Part shown: in pieces, positions 19,906 through 29,956 of the stretch
Position numbering within the stretch: position 1 is the first letter of the stretch
How the letters are laid out: every line of letters starts with the position of its first letter
Source of the DNA: an uncultured Dehalococcoidia bacterium
GTDB taxonomy: Bacteria > Chloroflexota > Dehalococcoidia > Lucifugimonadales > UBA3495
NCBI GenBank assembly: GCA_958296385.1
Contig: OY282494.1
Coordinates: 539,925 to 603,924, forward strand
DNA length: 64,000 bases
Direction of reading: 5' to 3'
Notes under the pieces: model-generated
The model's database searches: none
Told to the model about the DNA's origin: nothing
Seen by the model: the letters and a program-made list of their open reading frames with translations, nothing else
Translations under genes and position numbers: made by a program

Positions 19906-21444
19906 CTAGCGGGTCATTCCGGCAAGGCCGGCATTATAGCCGTTGACGATTGGCTCCAGCCCGTCGCGGAAAACATCCGTGAGCCAAACCGGATAAACGC
20001 CCACCGCCACAATGCTGATTGCCAGCAGGGCCACCGGAATAGCGTCAACCAGAGTAGCATCGGTAAGGCTGTCCCAGCGCGCCGGGCGCGGCCCAAAGAA
20101 GGTGCGCTGAATCATCCAGAGGATGTAGCCGGCGGCCAGTATGATGCCCAGCACGGCCAGAATCGTTAGCGCCGGGAAAGCCCGGAAACCGCCAAAGAAC
20201 ACCAGCAGTTCCGACACAAAACCGCTAAGGCTGGGCAGCCCCAGTGATGCGGCGCCGGCCAGCAGGAACGCTACCGCAACGATGGGCATACGGTTGGCCA
20301 GCCCGCCGAGTTCCATGATATTGCGCGTGTGCGTTTTCTCATACACTATCCCAACGGCAACGAACAGCAGGCCGGTAATCGTGCCATGGGTAAAGAGCTG
20401 CATCGCGGCCCCCACCAGCCCGGCATCGGTAAGGACGCCGCCCACTACGGCCACCGATCCAATCCCAATCAGCACTAGTCCCATGTGACTTACGCTGGAG
20501 TAGGCAATCAGCCGTTTCAAGTCGGTTTGGCGCAGGGTAACCACCGCGCCGTAAAGCACGCTGATGACGCCCAGGATGACTACCGGCAGGGCGTAGGTTT
20601 GCAGCTGCTCCGGGAACATCCCGGCGTTGACGCGCAGCAGGCCGTAGCCACCCATTTTGAGCATCACGCCGGCCAGCATCACGCTGCCGGCCGTTGGCGC
20701 GTCGGTATGTGCGTCAGGCAGCCACGTATGCACCGGCCAGGTGGGGAGCTTGACGGCAAAAGCGACGAAAAACAGCCAGAACAACGCCCCCATCGGCAAG
20801 GCGGCCCGGCCGGCGTCCAGCGCAGTCCCCGGCTCCAGCAGCAAAGTCATGTCAAAGCTGCCCACGCCGGAGCTGACGAACACTGCCACGATAGCAACCA
20901 GCATAAACGCCGAACCCAGGATGGTGAAAATCAGGAACTTCATCGCCGAGTATTCCCGGCGTCCCGAACCCCAGGTGGAGATGAGCATGTACATCGGCAC
21001 CAGCTCCAGTTCCCAGAACAGGAAAAACAGCAGGAAGTCCAGTGCGGTGAACACGCCCATTACGGCGGTTTGCAGCACCAGCAGCCAGATAAAGTATTCC
21101 TTGACCCGGCTGCCCACGTGGAACGACGCAAAGACGGCGCACAATCCCAGCAGTCCGGTTAGCATCACCAGCGGCGCGCTCAGGCCGTCAACGCCCAGAA
21201 AGTAGCTGGCCTGTACGGTGCCGGTGTCAATCCAGGTGAATCGGTCCAGCAGCTGGAACCGCTCCCCGCCCCGCTGGAACAATGCGAATACCAGCACGGA
21301 CAGCACCAAATCGCCGGCCGTCACCAGTACGGCAAACCAGCGGATGGCCCGGTCGCCGCGCAGGATGCCAACGGCCAGCAGCAAAGCCGCTACTGCCGGC
21401 AGGAATACCGTTACAGTGAGCAGGCCGTTGAATTCGTTGAACAT
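19906..21444 (-). CDS. nuoM: NADH-quinone oxidoreductase subunit M
   Basis: FFLFWE, HTWLPDAHTDAP, LKMGGYG, IAYSSVSHMG. Confidence 0.95.
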   Translation of the reverse strand: MFNEFNGLLTVTVFLPAVAALLLAVGILRGDRAIRWFAVLVTAGDLVLSVLVFALFQRGGERFQLLDRFTWIDTGTVQASYFLGVDGLSAPLVMLTGLLGLCAVFASFHVGSRVKEYFIWLLVLQTAVMGVFTALDFLLFFLFWELELVPMYMLISTWGSGRREYSAMKFLIFTILGSAFMLVAIVAVFVSSGVGSFDMTLLLEPGTALDAGRAALPMGALFWLFFVAFAVKLPTWPVHTWLPDAHTDAPTAGSVMLAGVMLKMGGYGLLRVNAGMFPEQLQTYALPVVILGVISVLYGAVVTLRQTDLKRLIAYSSVSHMGLVLIGIGSVAVVGGVLTDAGLVGAAMQLFTHGTITGLLFVAVGIVYEKTHTRNIMELGGLANRMPIVAVAFLLAGAASLGLPSLSGFVSELLVFFGGFRAFPALTILAVLGIILAAGYILWMIQRTFFGPRPARWDSLTDATLVDAIPVALLAISIVAVGVYPVWLTDVFRDGLEPIVNGYNAGLAGMTR

Positions 21445-21466
21445 CGTTCGTTATCCGGTAAGCGGG

Positions 21467-23506
21467 TTAGCCGAGGATGAGATACAGGATGAGAATCACC
21501 AGGCCGCCGGTTGCCGCGGCCAGCGGATAGGTCTGCACCTGTCCGTTCTGCGCCAGCGCAATCAGGCCGCCGATGTTGCGGGAAATCCACCCCAGCAGCC
21601 CGACGATTCCATCAACCACGTTGCGGTCAATCCAGTCGGTGGCGGCGACGGTGATGCGGTAGAAAATGCGGTTGACGATTAGACCCTCGTACAAGTCGTC
21701 AAAATAATAACGTTGCGCCAGCAGCGTGTGAACCACGCCGCCCCGGGTAAGCGGGTCCAGCGATGTGAACGCGCGGGGCCAGGCATAGACCAGAACTGCC
21801 AGACCGATGCCGGCCAGAGCGACTACGTTGGATATGACTGCCATCGCGATGCTGAACGGCGGGGCGTGGTGCCCGTCGTGGAGTCCTGACGCCAGGTATT
21901 CGGTAAGCCAGTGCGACGGAATCAGCCCGAACAGCATACCAACGCCGATGGGGTTGGCCAGCCATCCGGCGATGACTGCGCTGATACCCAGCAGGAACAT
22001 CGGCGCTACCATCACCCGAGGCGACTCGCCCAGGTGGACGTGGTGCGTTACGCCGGTGGGAGCCGGCTGCCCGGCGGCGGCCACGTCATGCAGCTCCCGC
22101 TCGCCGCCGCCCCGGAACTCGCCGTGAAAGGTAAGGTGAATCATTCGGAAAGAGTAAAACGCCGTCAGCAGCACGCCAACCAGCAGGGCAAAGAACACTA
22201 CTATGGCTACCGGCGCAGCCCCGCCGGCCAGCCACGACTCCAGCAGGATTTCATCCTTGCTCCAGAACCCGGCCAGCGGGAATATGCCTACCAGACTCAA
22301 AGCACCTACCAGCGTAAGGCCGTAAGTCCAGGGCATGGACTTGCGGAGGCCGCCCATGTACATCATGTTGAATGTGCCCGCCGCGTGGTTGACGCTGCCG
22401 GCGCCGAGGAACAGCAGGGCTTTGAAAAAAGCGTGGGTGAACAGGTGGAACAGGGCGGCGTTGTACGCGCCCACGCCCAGGGCCGCCATCATGTAACCCA
22501 GCTGGCTCACGGTGGAATAGGCCATCACCCGCTTGATGTCGTTGGCGGCCAGGGCCATCGTGGCGGCGAAAACTGCGGTGAACGCTCCAATCAGGGCTAC
22601 GACCATCATCGCAACTTCCGACTCGGCAAAAACCGGGAAAAAACGCCCCACGAGGAATACTCCGGCGGCCACCATCGTAGCGGCGTGAATCAGCGCGCTG
22701 ACCGGGGTCGGGCCTTCCATAGCATCGGGCAGCCAAGTGTGGAGGGGGAATTGCCCGCTCTTGCCTACCGCTCCGGCGAACAGGCCCAGGCACAGCCACA
22801 GCAGCGCTCCGCCAGCGACAATGCCGGCGCCGCCGGCCGCGATGGGGCGGGCCGCCTCCCAGATGTCGGGAATGTGGAATGCGTTCAGCCCGCGCGCGGC
22901 GAAAGTGTCGGCCTGGAAAAACAGAAAGATTATCGCCAGCAGAAAGCCAACGTCGCCAATGCGGGTGATGATGAAAGCCTTTTTAGCCGCCGCCGCCGCT
23001 GCCGGACGGTCGTGCCAGAATCCAATCAGCAGATACGACGACAGGCCCACCAACTCCCAGAACACGTACATTTGGACGATGTTGGACGCCAGAACCAGGC
23101 CAATCATGGATGCGCTGAACAGGGACATATAAGCGTAATAGCGCGCAAAGCTGCGGTCGCCGTCCATATAGGCCAGCGAATAGATTTGCACCATCAGGCT
23201 GACGCCGGTCACAACCACCAGCATTATGTTAGTCAGCGGGTCCAGCAACAGTCCCATTTGGACGGACGCCGGCCCCAAGTCCAGCCACAAGTGGGGGGGG
23301 AAGGCGTAGATGACGCCGTGGGCCGATGAGCGCAGCAGCCAGATGGAGAGGGCGAATCCGATGCCCAGGGCGATGATGGTCAGGTAGCCCGATGCCTTGG
23401 CCAACGCCGGGACAGCCGATATGGCCGGCCGTAGCACCAAACCGATAATCAGGAATGACGCGACGGGCAGCAGGAAAATTGCCCAGACCAGCGGTTCGGT
23501 CAGCAT
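21467..23506 (-). CDS. nuoL: NADH-quinone oxidoreductase subunit L
   Basis: GKSGQFPLHTWLPDAMEGPTPVSALIHAATMV, HAFFKALLFL; start at ATG 23506. Confidence 0.96.
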   Translation of the reverse strand: MLTEPLVWAIFLLPVASFLIIGLVLRPAISAVPALAKASGYLTIIALGIGFALSIWLLRSSAHGVIYAFPPHLWLDLGPASVQMGLLLDPLTNIMLVVVTGVSLMVQIYSLAYMDGDRSFARYYAYMSLFSASMIGLVLASNIVQMYVFWELVGLSSYLLIGFWHDRPAAAAAAKKAFIITRIGDVGFLLAIIFLFFQADTFAARGLNAFHIPDIWEAARPIAAGGAGIVAGGALLWLCLGLFAGAVGKSGQFPLHTWLPDAMEGPTPVSALIHAATMVAAGVFLVGRFFPVFAESEVAMMVVALIGAFTAVFAATMALAANDIKRVMAYSTVSQLGYMMAALGVGAYNAALFHLFTHAFFKALLFLGAGSVNHAAGTFNMMYMGGLRKSMPWTYGLTLVGALSLVGIFPLAGFWSKDEILLESWLAGGAAPVAIVVFFALLVGVLLTAFYSFRMIHLTFHGEFRGGGERELHDVAAAGQPAPTGVTHHVHLGESPRVMVAPMFLLGISAVIAGWLANPIGVGMLFGLIPSHWLTEYLASGLHDGHHAPPFSIAMAVISNVVALAGIGLAVLVYAWPRAFTSLDPLTRGGVVHTLLAQRYYFDDLYEGLIVNRIFYRITVAATDWIDRNVVDGIVGLLGWISRNIGGLIALAQNGQVQTYPLAAATGGLVILILYLILG

Positions 23507-23519
23507 AGCGTCGTCGTCC

Positions 23520-23714
23520 TCACAGCTTCCGCACAATCTCTTCGGCAACGTGTTCCCGGCCTTTGGGAACGTAGATGCGGAAAGGGACGCGCTCGCTCCA
23601 GTCGCGGATGTCGCCTTCGGGCAGCAGTTTTGCCGGCAGGCCCTCGGCCTCCAGGGCCTCCTTCCAGATTTCGGCGGCCATCAGGTTGGGCGCGCGCTTG
23701 AATTCTACCCACAT
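23520..23714 (-). CDS. Small protein, DUF2007 (putative signal-transducing/PII-like) resemblance
   Basis: 64-aa ORF filling the nuoK-nuoL gap; pattern AEIWKEALEAEGLP...RIYVPK...AEEI. Confidence 0.7.
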   Translation of the reverse strand: MWVEFKRAPNLMAAEIWKEALEAEGLPAKLLPEGDIRDWSERVPFRIYVPKGREHVAEEIVRKL

Positions 23715-23758
23715 GATTAAGTTTCAATCGGAGTCAAAGCTCGGAGTCAAAGCGGTGA

Positions 23759-24088
23759 TTAGTGGCGCATTGTTGCGGCATCGGTCAGGTCAACGCTTTC
23801 GTTGGTGCGGTACACGGCGAAAACGATGCCCAGTCCCAGCGCAATTTCGGCGGCGGCTACGGTGATGATGAATACGGCGAACACCTGGCCGGTAAGCACG
23901 GTGGACAGCTGTTCCTGCACGGCGAAGGGAACCAGCCAGCGGCCCATTGCCACCAGCGTGAGGTTGACCGCGTTGAACATCAGCTCAATGGACATCAGCA
24001 CGGCGATAAAGTTGCGGCGGGCCAGCGCCCCGTACAGGCCGATGCAAAAGATGATGGCCGCAACGATGAGCATGGATTCGAGGGACAA
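23759..24088 (-). CDS. nuoK: NADH-quinone oxidoreductase subunit K
   Basis: LMSIELMFNAVNL, GQVFAVFIITVAAAEIALGL. Confidence 0.95.
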   Translation of the reverse strand: MSLESMLIVAAIIFCIGLYGALARRNFIAVLMSIELMFNAVNLTLVAMGRWLVPFAVQEQLSTVLTGQVFAVFIITVAAAEIALGLGIVFAVYRTNESVDLTDAATMRH

Positions 24089-24092
24089 AACG

Positions 24093-24677
24093 CTATCTCC
24101 CGCGCCCGCGCGCTAACGCCAGGCCGCCAATCGCAGCCGCCAGCAGCAACAGCGAAACCGCCTCAAAGGGCAGGACGAACTCGCCAATCAGCAAGTCGGC
24201 CAGGCCGCCGGTTTGCACGTCGGTCACTTCGTCGGCAGTCAAGCCGGCGGCGGTTAGCCGGGCGGCGTCGGGGATGCCTACGGCCTGAATCTGGGCAACG
24301 CGGGATTTGTTCTCCAGCCCGGCGCCAGCCAGCGTAGTCCAGTCGGTAGTGACGACGGTTGCCACCATCATCACCAGCAGCAGGGTTGCGATGAACGCGG
24401 CCGGAACCTGCAAGCGGTTCGGCGTGTTGCCCCGCTGGACGTCTCTGGTCAGCATCACGGCGAATATAAAGAGCACTGCGATGGCGCCCACGTAGATTAG
24501 CACCTGGACTACGGCCAGGAACTCGGCGTTCATCAAGATAAAGAACCCGCCTACGGCGATGAACACCAGCGACAGCAGGAGGGAGGCCCGGAACAAGTCC
24601 CGCACCAGCACAACTCCAACGGAGCCGGCGATGGCGACGACGGCCAGAATCCAGAAAACTGCATCCTCAAACCACAT
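24093..24677 (-). CDS. nuoJ: NADH-quinone oxidoreductase subunit J
   Basis: AEFLAVVQVLIYVGAIAVL, LPFEAVSLLLLAA. Confidence 0.95.
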   Translation of the reverse strand: MWFEDAVFWILAVVAIAGSVGVVLVRDLFRASLLLSLVFIAVGGFFILMNAEFLAVVQVLIYVGAIAVLFIFAVMLTRDVQRGNTPNRLQVPAAFIATLLLVMMVATVVTTDWTTLAGAGLENKSRVAQIQAVGIPDAARLTAAGLTADEVTDVQTGGLADLLIGEFVLPFEAVSLLLLAAAIGGLALARGRGR

Positions 24678-25250
24678 TCAGGCGTCGTCCTCCGCATTGC
24701 GGCCTTGCAAGCGCATCCCGGCTTTCTCCCGCTGGTGCCAGCGCCAGCCCTCCCGGCCCACGTCGCGCCAGCCCAGCGGCCGGCTGGTTCCGGGCCGGTA
24801 GTCCATGCTTTCCAGCTGCGGACGGAACCAGGTGCTGGGGTTTTTGTCGGCCTGCCGCAGGCGGTCGATGGAGATGACCAGGTCGGTGCGGCGGTATTGT
24901 CCCTCCTCAAAGCCGCTGCCCATAAACAGGGCGTCGTAGGGGCAAGCCTCTACGCACAGGCCGCAGAACATACACCGCTGCAACTCGATGTCAAAGGTTT
25001 CCAGCAGGTACTTGTCGCCCTGCAAGGGGGCGGTTTCGCTGGGCGAGGTCACAATCTTGATGATACCCAGCGGGCAGTACTTGGCGCAGGACGCGCAGCC
25101 GGTGCAGCGTTCCTCATACCAGGTGAACTCCTCGCCGCGAAACCGGGGGTGCTGGCGCACGCGCTGTTCGGGGTAGGCAACGGTGAACGGCTTGCGCATC
25201 AGGTTGGTCAGCGTAACCAGCAACCCTTTGGCCATTTCCAATCCGTACAT
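24678..25250 (-). CDS. nuoI: NADH-quinone oxidoreductase subunit I
   Basis: Two CxxCxxCxxxCP motifs (CTGCASCAKYCP, CMFCGLCVEACP). Confidence 0.95.
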   Translation of the reverse strand: MYGLEMAKGLLVTLTNLMRKPFTVAYPEQRVRQHPRFRGEEFTWYEERCTGCASCAKYCPLGIIKIVTSPSETAPLQGDKYLLETFDIELQRCMFCGLCVEACPYDALFMGSGFEEGQYRRTDLVISIDRLRQADKNPSTWFRPQLESMDYRPGTSRPLGWRDVGREGWRWHQREKAGMRLQGRNAEDDA

Positions 25251-25271
25251 CTGCGAATCCCCCGGCTCTGC

Positions 25272-26516
25272 CTAGCCTTGTCCCTGGCTTACTTCGATGG
25301 TGGAAACGCCGCTAACGACCAGGCGGGACGCCGGCGCAGTCTGGGAGGAATTGCGAACCTGCTGCCGGATGAGCTGGCCGAACACCGCTATGGAAACTGC
25401 GGCGATAACGATGTTAATGCCGGCCATAATCCACAAGTCGGCAGTGGTCAATACCCCATGGGCGTCGCGCAGGAAAAAGACCTCCAGCGTTACCGCAATC
25501 AGGTTGATGATGCTCAACGGCATCAGGAATTTCCAGCACACCGCCATTATCTGGTCAAGCCGCAGCCTGGGATAGGTGGAGCGAATCCAGACGAACAGGA
25601 ATATGCCGATAAAAGTCTTGATGAGGAACCAGAGCCAGCCCAGCCAGTCGGCCACCGGCCCGGCCCAGCCGGCGAGAAACAGGGTGGCGATGAGGCCGGA
25701 AACGACCAATGCCCCGCCGAATTCAGCGGCTTGGATTAGGGCGAACTTGATGCCGCTGTATTCGGTGTGGTAGCCGGCGATGATTTCCGACTCGGCCTCA
25801 GCCACGTCAAAGGGCGTGCGGTTCAGTTCGGCGGACATACCGGCGACGAAAACGAAAAAGGCCAGCGGCTGCACCAGAAAGAAAGGCACGGCCTGAGCAA
25901 CCACGATGTCGCCCAGCGACATAGAGCCGGCAACCAGCACCACGCCCAGCACGGAAAGGACAACCGGCACTTCGTAGCTGAGCAGCACCGCCACCGCACG
26001 GCCGGCGCCGAACAGCGCATAACGGTTGTTGGAGGCCCAGCCGGCCGTAAAGATGGCAATGGTGGTCAAAGAGCTTACCGCCAGGATAAACAGGACGCCA
26101 ACGTTCAGGTCAACCAGCGCAACGTCTTTGGCGAAAGGAATAACCGCCGCGCCTACCAGCAGGCTCGCTACCATCAGGACGGGTACGATGGTAAATGCGA
26201 TGCGGTCGGCGCCGTAAGGAACAATATCCTCTTTGGTAAGCAGCTTGGTAAGGTCGGCAATCGGCTGCAACGCGCCAAAGGGGCCCCAGCGATTGGGGCC
26301 GACGCGGTTCTGGAACCGTCCCAACAGACGGCGTTCGCCCCAGCTGACGATAGCGGCGCCCAGCAATACTGCGTTAATCAGTATCAGCATGATGGCAGCG
26401 CCGGCGACGACGTAGGCCATCCAGCAGGGCAGCATCTGGCCGACACCCTCGTAGATGAAACGGAACAGGTGATTGCCGCCCAGGATGCTATGGGGGTTGA
26501 GGACGCAGGCGTTCAT
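25272..26516 (-). CDS. nuoH: NADH-quinone oxidoreductase subunit H
   Basis: ERRLLGRFQNRVGPNR, QPIADLTKLLTKE, RTPFDVAEAESE. Confidence 0.96.
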   Translation of the reverse strand: MNACVLNPHSILGGNHLFRFIYEGVGQMLPCWMAYVVAGAAIMLILINAVLLGAAIVSWGERRLLGRFQNRVGPNRWGPFGALQPIADLTKLLTKEDIVPYGADRIAFTIVPVLMVASLLVGAAVIPFAKDVALVDLNVGVLFILAVSSLTTIAIFTAGWASNNRYALFGAGRAVAVLLSYEVPVVLSVLGVVLVAGSMSLGDIVVAQAVPFFLVQPLAFFVFVAGMSAELNRTPFDVAEAESEIIAGYHTEYSGIKFALIQAAEFGGALVVSGLIATLFLAGWAGPVADWLGWLWFLIKTFIGIFLFVWIRSTYPRLRLDQIMAVCWKFLMPLSIINLIAVTLEVFFLRDAHGVLTTADLWIMAGINIVIAAVSIAVFGQLIRQQVRNSSQTAPASRLVVSGVSTIEVSQGQG

Positions 26517-27619
26517 CGGTCAACCTCGCCCATGTTTATGTCAACACTGCCCAGCGACACAATCATATCGGCCAGTTTCCAGCCGATAAGCAGGTGCTCG
26601 GTGATGGTGAGGTTGATTAGCGATGGCGACCGGATTTTGCAGCGGTAGGGGGAGATGCCGCCGTCGCTGACCAGAAAGAAACCGAGTTCGCCCTTAGATG
26701 CCTCGACCCGTCCGTAGGCTTCGGCGCCGGGGGCGGCGCGCAGGACCAGGGGCAGCTCCAGCCGGGCCGGGCCCGGTTCAATCTGCTCGATGCACTGGCG
26801 CACGATGCGGAGGCTTTGGCGCACTTCCTGGACGCGCACCCAGAATCGGTCGTAGTTGTCCCCGCTGCTGCCGATGGGAACGTCAAAATCAACCTGGTCG
26901 TAGGCGTCGTAGGGGGCCATCTTGCGCCAGTCCCAGTTGACACCGCTGGCGCGGAGCACCGGGCCGCTGACGGAGCAGTTGATGGCAACGTCGGGGGGCA
27001 GCGGGCTGACGCCGCGGGTGCGAACCATCAGGATTTCGTTGTTGAGCAGCAAGTCCTCCAACTCGGCCAGTTCGCCCTCAAAGTCGTTGAGGAACTGGTC
27101 CAGAGCGGGCCAGAAATCGTCGGGAGCGTCGGCGAATACGCCGCCGGGCCGCATATAGCTGACGGTAATGCGGGCGCCGCAAAGCATCTCAAAAAGATCG
27201 AGGATGCGCTCCCGGCTACGGAAGGTGTACATGAGCGGCGTGCCGAAAGCGCCTAATTCCTGCACAAAGAAACCGACGGCAATCAGATGGCTGGCGATGC
27301 GCTGCAACTCGGCGGTGAGGGTGCGGAGGTACTTGGCCCGGGGCGGCGGCTCAATGCCCAGCAGCTGCTCTACGGCCAGGCAGTACGCCTGATTGTTAAT
27401 CATTGAGGACGTGTAGTCCAGCCGGTCGGTCAGGGTGACTATCTGAACGTAATTGCGTTCCTCGGCCAGCTTCTCGGTGCCCCGGTGCAGATAGCCCAGC
27501 ACCGGCTCAACCTCCACGATGTCCTCGCCGTCAAAGGTGATGCGGACGCGAAACACGCCGTGGGTGCTGGGGTGCTGCGGCCCCACGTTGACGGTCATCG
27601 GTTCGGTGCGGATAGTCAT
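26513..27619 (-). CDS. nuoD: NADH-quinone oxidoreductase subunit D
   Basis: GPQHPSTHGVFR, GYLHRGTEK, DRLDY, terminal GEVDR. Confidence 0.96.
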   Translation of the reverse strand: MTIRTEPMTVNVGPQHPSTHGVFRVRITFDGEDIVEVEPVLGYLHRGTEKLAEERNYVQIVTLTDRLDYTSSMINNQAYCLAVEQLLGIEPPPRAKYLRTLTAELQRIASHLIAVGFFVQELGAFGTPLMYTFRSRERILDLFEMLCGARITVSYMRPGGVFADAPDDFWPALDQFLNDFEGELAELEDLLLNNEILMVRTRGVSPLPPDVAINCSVSGPVLRASGVNWDWRKMAPYDAYDQVDFDVPIGSSGDNYDRFWVRVQEVRQSLRIVRQCIEQIEPGPARLELPLVLRAAPGAEAYGRVEASKGELGFFLVSDGGISPYRCKIRSPSLINLTITEHLLIGWKLADMIVSLGSVDINMGEVDR

Positions 27620-27652
27620 GGCAAACTGAGCGGTTGAAACGGCTGGCGTCGT

Positions 27653-28093
27653 CTATAGGAAGTCTTTGCGCAGGGGGTGACCGTCAAAGCCTTCCCAGAG
27701 CATGATGCGTTTCATATTGGGGTGGCCGGTGAACCGTATGCCCATCAAGTCCCAGATTTCCCGCTCCTGGAAATCGGCGCCACGCCAGACGCCTACCACC
27801 GACGGCGCCGTTGGCTCCTCTCGGCCATACACCCGACTGCGGACGACAGCGGTATGGCGTTTTGATATTGAGGTTAGATGGTACACGAGTTCAAAGTGGG
27901 CGACGAAATCAACGGCGCTGACGGCGTTCAGGAATTGGAAGTCCAGTTCCGGGTTATCGCGCAGGGCACCGGCGACGGCGCTGATGGAGTCGGGGGCGAC
28001 CCATACTGCCGAGTCGTTCCAGTCAAGCACGGCGTCGGGCAGGGTGTCCCGCAGCCGTTGGGCCAGGTCTGCGCCGCTCAGGGCAGTAAGCAT
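27653..28093 (-). CDS. nuoC: NADH-quinone oxidoreductase subunit C
   Basis: EREIWDLMGIRFTGHP, GHPLRKDF. Confidence 0.95.
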   Translation of the reverse strand: MLTALSGADLAQRLRDTLPDAVLDWNDSAVWVAPDSISAVAGALRDNPELDFQFLNAVSAVDFVAHFELVYHLTSISKRHTAVVRSRVYGREEPTAPSVVGVWRGADFQEREIWDLMGIRFTGHPNMKRIMLWEGFDGHPLRKDFL

Positions 28094-28710
28094 CACGGCT
28101 TGAAACTACCGCTGCCCAGGTTGCGGTACCTCTTGATTTTTTCGTGCAGTTCCATGATGCCGTAAAGCAGCGCGTCGGGGCGGGGCGGGCAGCCGGGGAC
28201 GTACACGTCCACCGGGATTATGTGGTCAACGCCGGGAACCACGCTGTAGGAACCGAAGTAGGGGCCGCCGCTGGTGGCGCATACGCCCATGGCGATAACC
28301 CAGCGGGGTTCGGCCATCTGCTCGTAGATGCGCTTGATGGGCGGCGCCATTTTCCAGGTGACGGTGCCGGCGACAATCATCAGGTCGGCTTGGCGGGGCG
28401 AGGCGCGGAACACTTCCATGCCAAAGCGCGAGATGTCAAAGCGGCCCATGGCGGTGGCCATCATCTCAAAGGCGCAGCAGGCCAGGCCAAAGGATACGGG
28501 CCACAGCGCCGACTTGCGGCTCCAGTTCACCAGCGCGTCCACCGACGTAACCATCAGGTTGCGCTTGAGGTCGTCGGGGACTTCAATGGCCGGCATCGCA
28601 ATGGGGGACTGAGAGGCGGCGAACAGGTCGTTGACCAGCTGGCCCTCCGAGCGGTCGATGTCCCACGTGCGGCTGTGGAGCGGCCCGCCGCCGGGCATGA
28701 GTTCTACCAC
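28093..28710 (-). CDS. nuoB: NADH-quinone oxidoreductase subunit B
   Basis: [28 protein letters not shown]. Confidence 0.96.
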   Translation of the reverse strand: MVELMPGGGPLHSRTWDIDRSEGQLVNDLFAASQSPIAMPAIEVPDDLKRNLMVTSVDALVNWSRKSALWPVSFGLACCAFEMMATAMGRFDISRFGMEVFRASPRQADLMIVAGTVTWKMAPPIKRIYEQMAEPRWVIAMGVCATSGGPYFGSYSVVPGVDHIIPVDVYVPGCPPRPDALLYGIMELHEKIKRYRNLGSGSFKP

Positions 28711-28716
28711 GTCCGG

Positions 28717-29103
28717 TTAGCCCTGCCACTCCAGGTCGCGCTTGCGCCAGGCGTAGGCCCAGGCCAGCAACAAGATTCCTAGGAATACCGCCATCTCAAT
28801 CAGGGCGAACAGCTCCAGCGTGAGGAACTTGGTAGCCCAGGGGTAGAGGAATACGACCTCAACGTCAAACACCACAAAGAGGATGGCGAACATATAGTAG
28901 CGGAACTGAAAGCGGTTCCAGGTGCCGCCGATGGTTTCCACGCCGCACTCGTAGGTGTCCTGTTTCACCGCGTCCGGCCGGTTGGGGCGGATGCCGATTT
29001 TGGACATCGTGGACGACGCCAGCAGCATACTGGCCGGCACCACGATAGCAAGCACCAGGAAGATGGCAATGAGGCCGTATTGTCCCAGGTAATCGTCAAG
29101 CAT
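28717..29103 (-). CDS. nuoA: NADH-quinone oxidoreductase subunit A
   Basis: YECG, FVVFDVEVVFLYPWA. Confidence 0.95.
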   Translation of the reverse strand: MLDDYLGQYGLIAIFLVLAIVVPASMLLASSTMSKIGIRPNRPDAVKQDTYECGVETIGGTWNRFQFRYYMFAILFVVFDVEVVFLYPWATKFLTLELFALIEMAVFLGILLLAWAYAWRKRDLEWQG

Positions 29104-29330
29104 GGTGGCTCTACAAACGTCGCCGTGAACTCGAGCTGAGGATAAGCGGGTTTCGGGTATGGGTCGCGCGGTTGGTATTCAGGATTGCTGAATGAGCGAC
29201 GGCATTATATCACAAACCGCGCGCCGCAAAATCAATGGCGGCGGCGGAAAGGCAGCGTTCCGTTTCGAGTGGTTTGGTCATTTCATATCATCATCGGCCA
29301 TCCTGTGGGAGTGGGTTTGGGGTTGGCTGG

Positions 29331-29706
29331 TATCGGGCGGGTATCGTATCGGGCGTTTATCGGGCGGTGGGTTCGGTTTGGTTTGATTGTTGGTGTCGGA
29401 GATTCAAGTCGTTGTCAGCCCTACGGCCGGAGGTGGGTACGCAACTATTTTGGACCTTCATTTTACGTGGCCTGCCCTAATGAGAGGCAGCACGCGGGCT
29501 GAAGCTCGATACCCTGCGGAGGCAGCCCGCGCCGTGAAAGCGGGGTCGGGACTACCCTTGCCGATTGCGATTTTTTGCTGACTGGCCGTTTTGACTTGAA
29601 TCTCCGACGGTGCGATGGTGCTAGCGGTTTGGTGTGATGTCCCCGCTTTCCAGGGATGCCTCTTACTGAGAACGGCTGGGAAGGGGGTTGGTTGATTTGC
29701 CCGATA
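29331..29706 (-). ncRNA. Multicopy structured element, candidate ncRNA, copy 2 (most diverged)
   Basis: Reverse-complement homologue of 6394-6810. Perfect 16-bp stem GTCGGAGATTCAAGTC/GACTTGAATCTCCGAC with a compensatory change relative to copy 1. Confidence 0.65.
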
Positions 29707-29711
29707 GATGT

Positions 29712-29741
29712 ATAGTAGCGAACGCAGGTGCTGATTGGCAA
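29712..29741 (-). promoter_or_regulatory. Sigma70-type promoter of repeat/ncRNA copy 2
   Basis: TTGCCA-N18-TACTAT on the minus strand. Confidence 0.65.
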
Positions 29742-29956
29742 GAGGGCGGCGTCATTGATTTTTTGGATTTGGCGGGGGATTTTGACGGGGGGCGTGCGCT
29801 TGGGGAGTAACGGGGGGACGCTGGGGGAAATGATTTCCCCCAGACCCCCTCGGCGGATCCTTGAGGGTTCGGGCGCGCTATCGGTGGCCCCGCTAATTGG
29901 CGTCGTGTATAATTTGGCGGTCAATCCGCTATTCGCATCGGTGTAATGACGGCATT

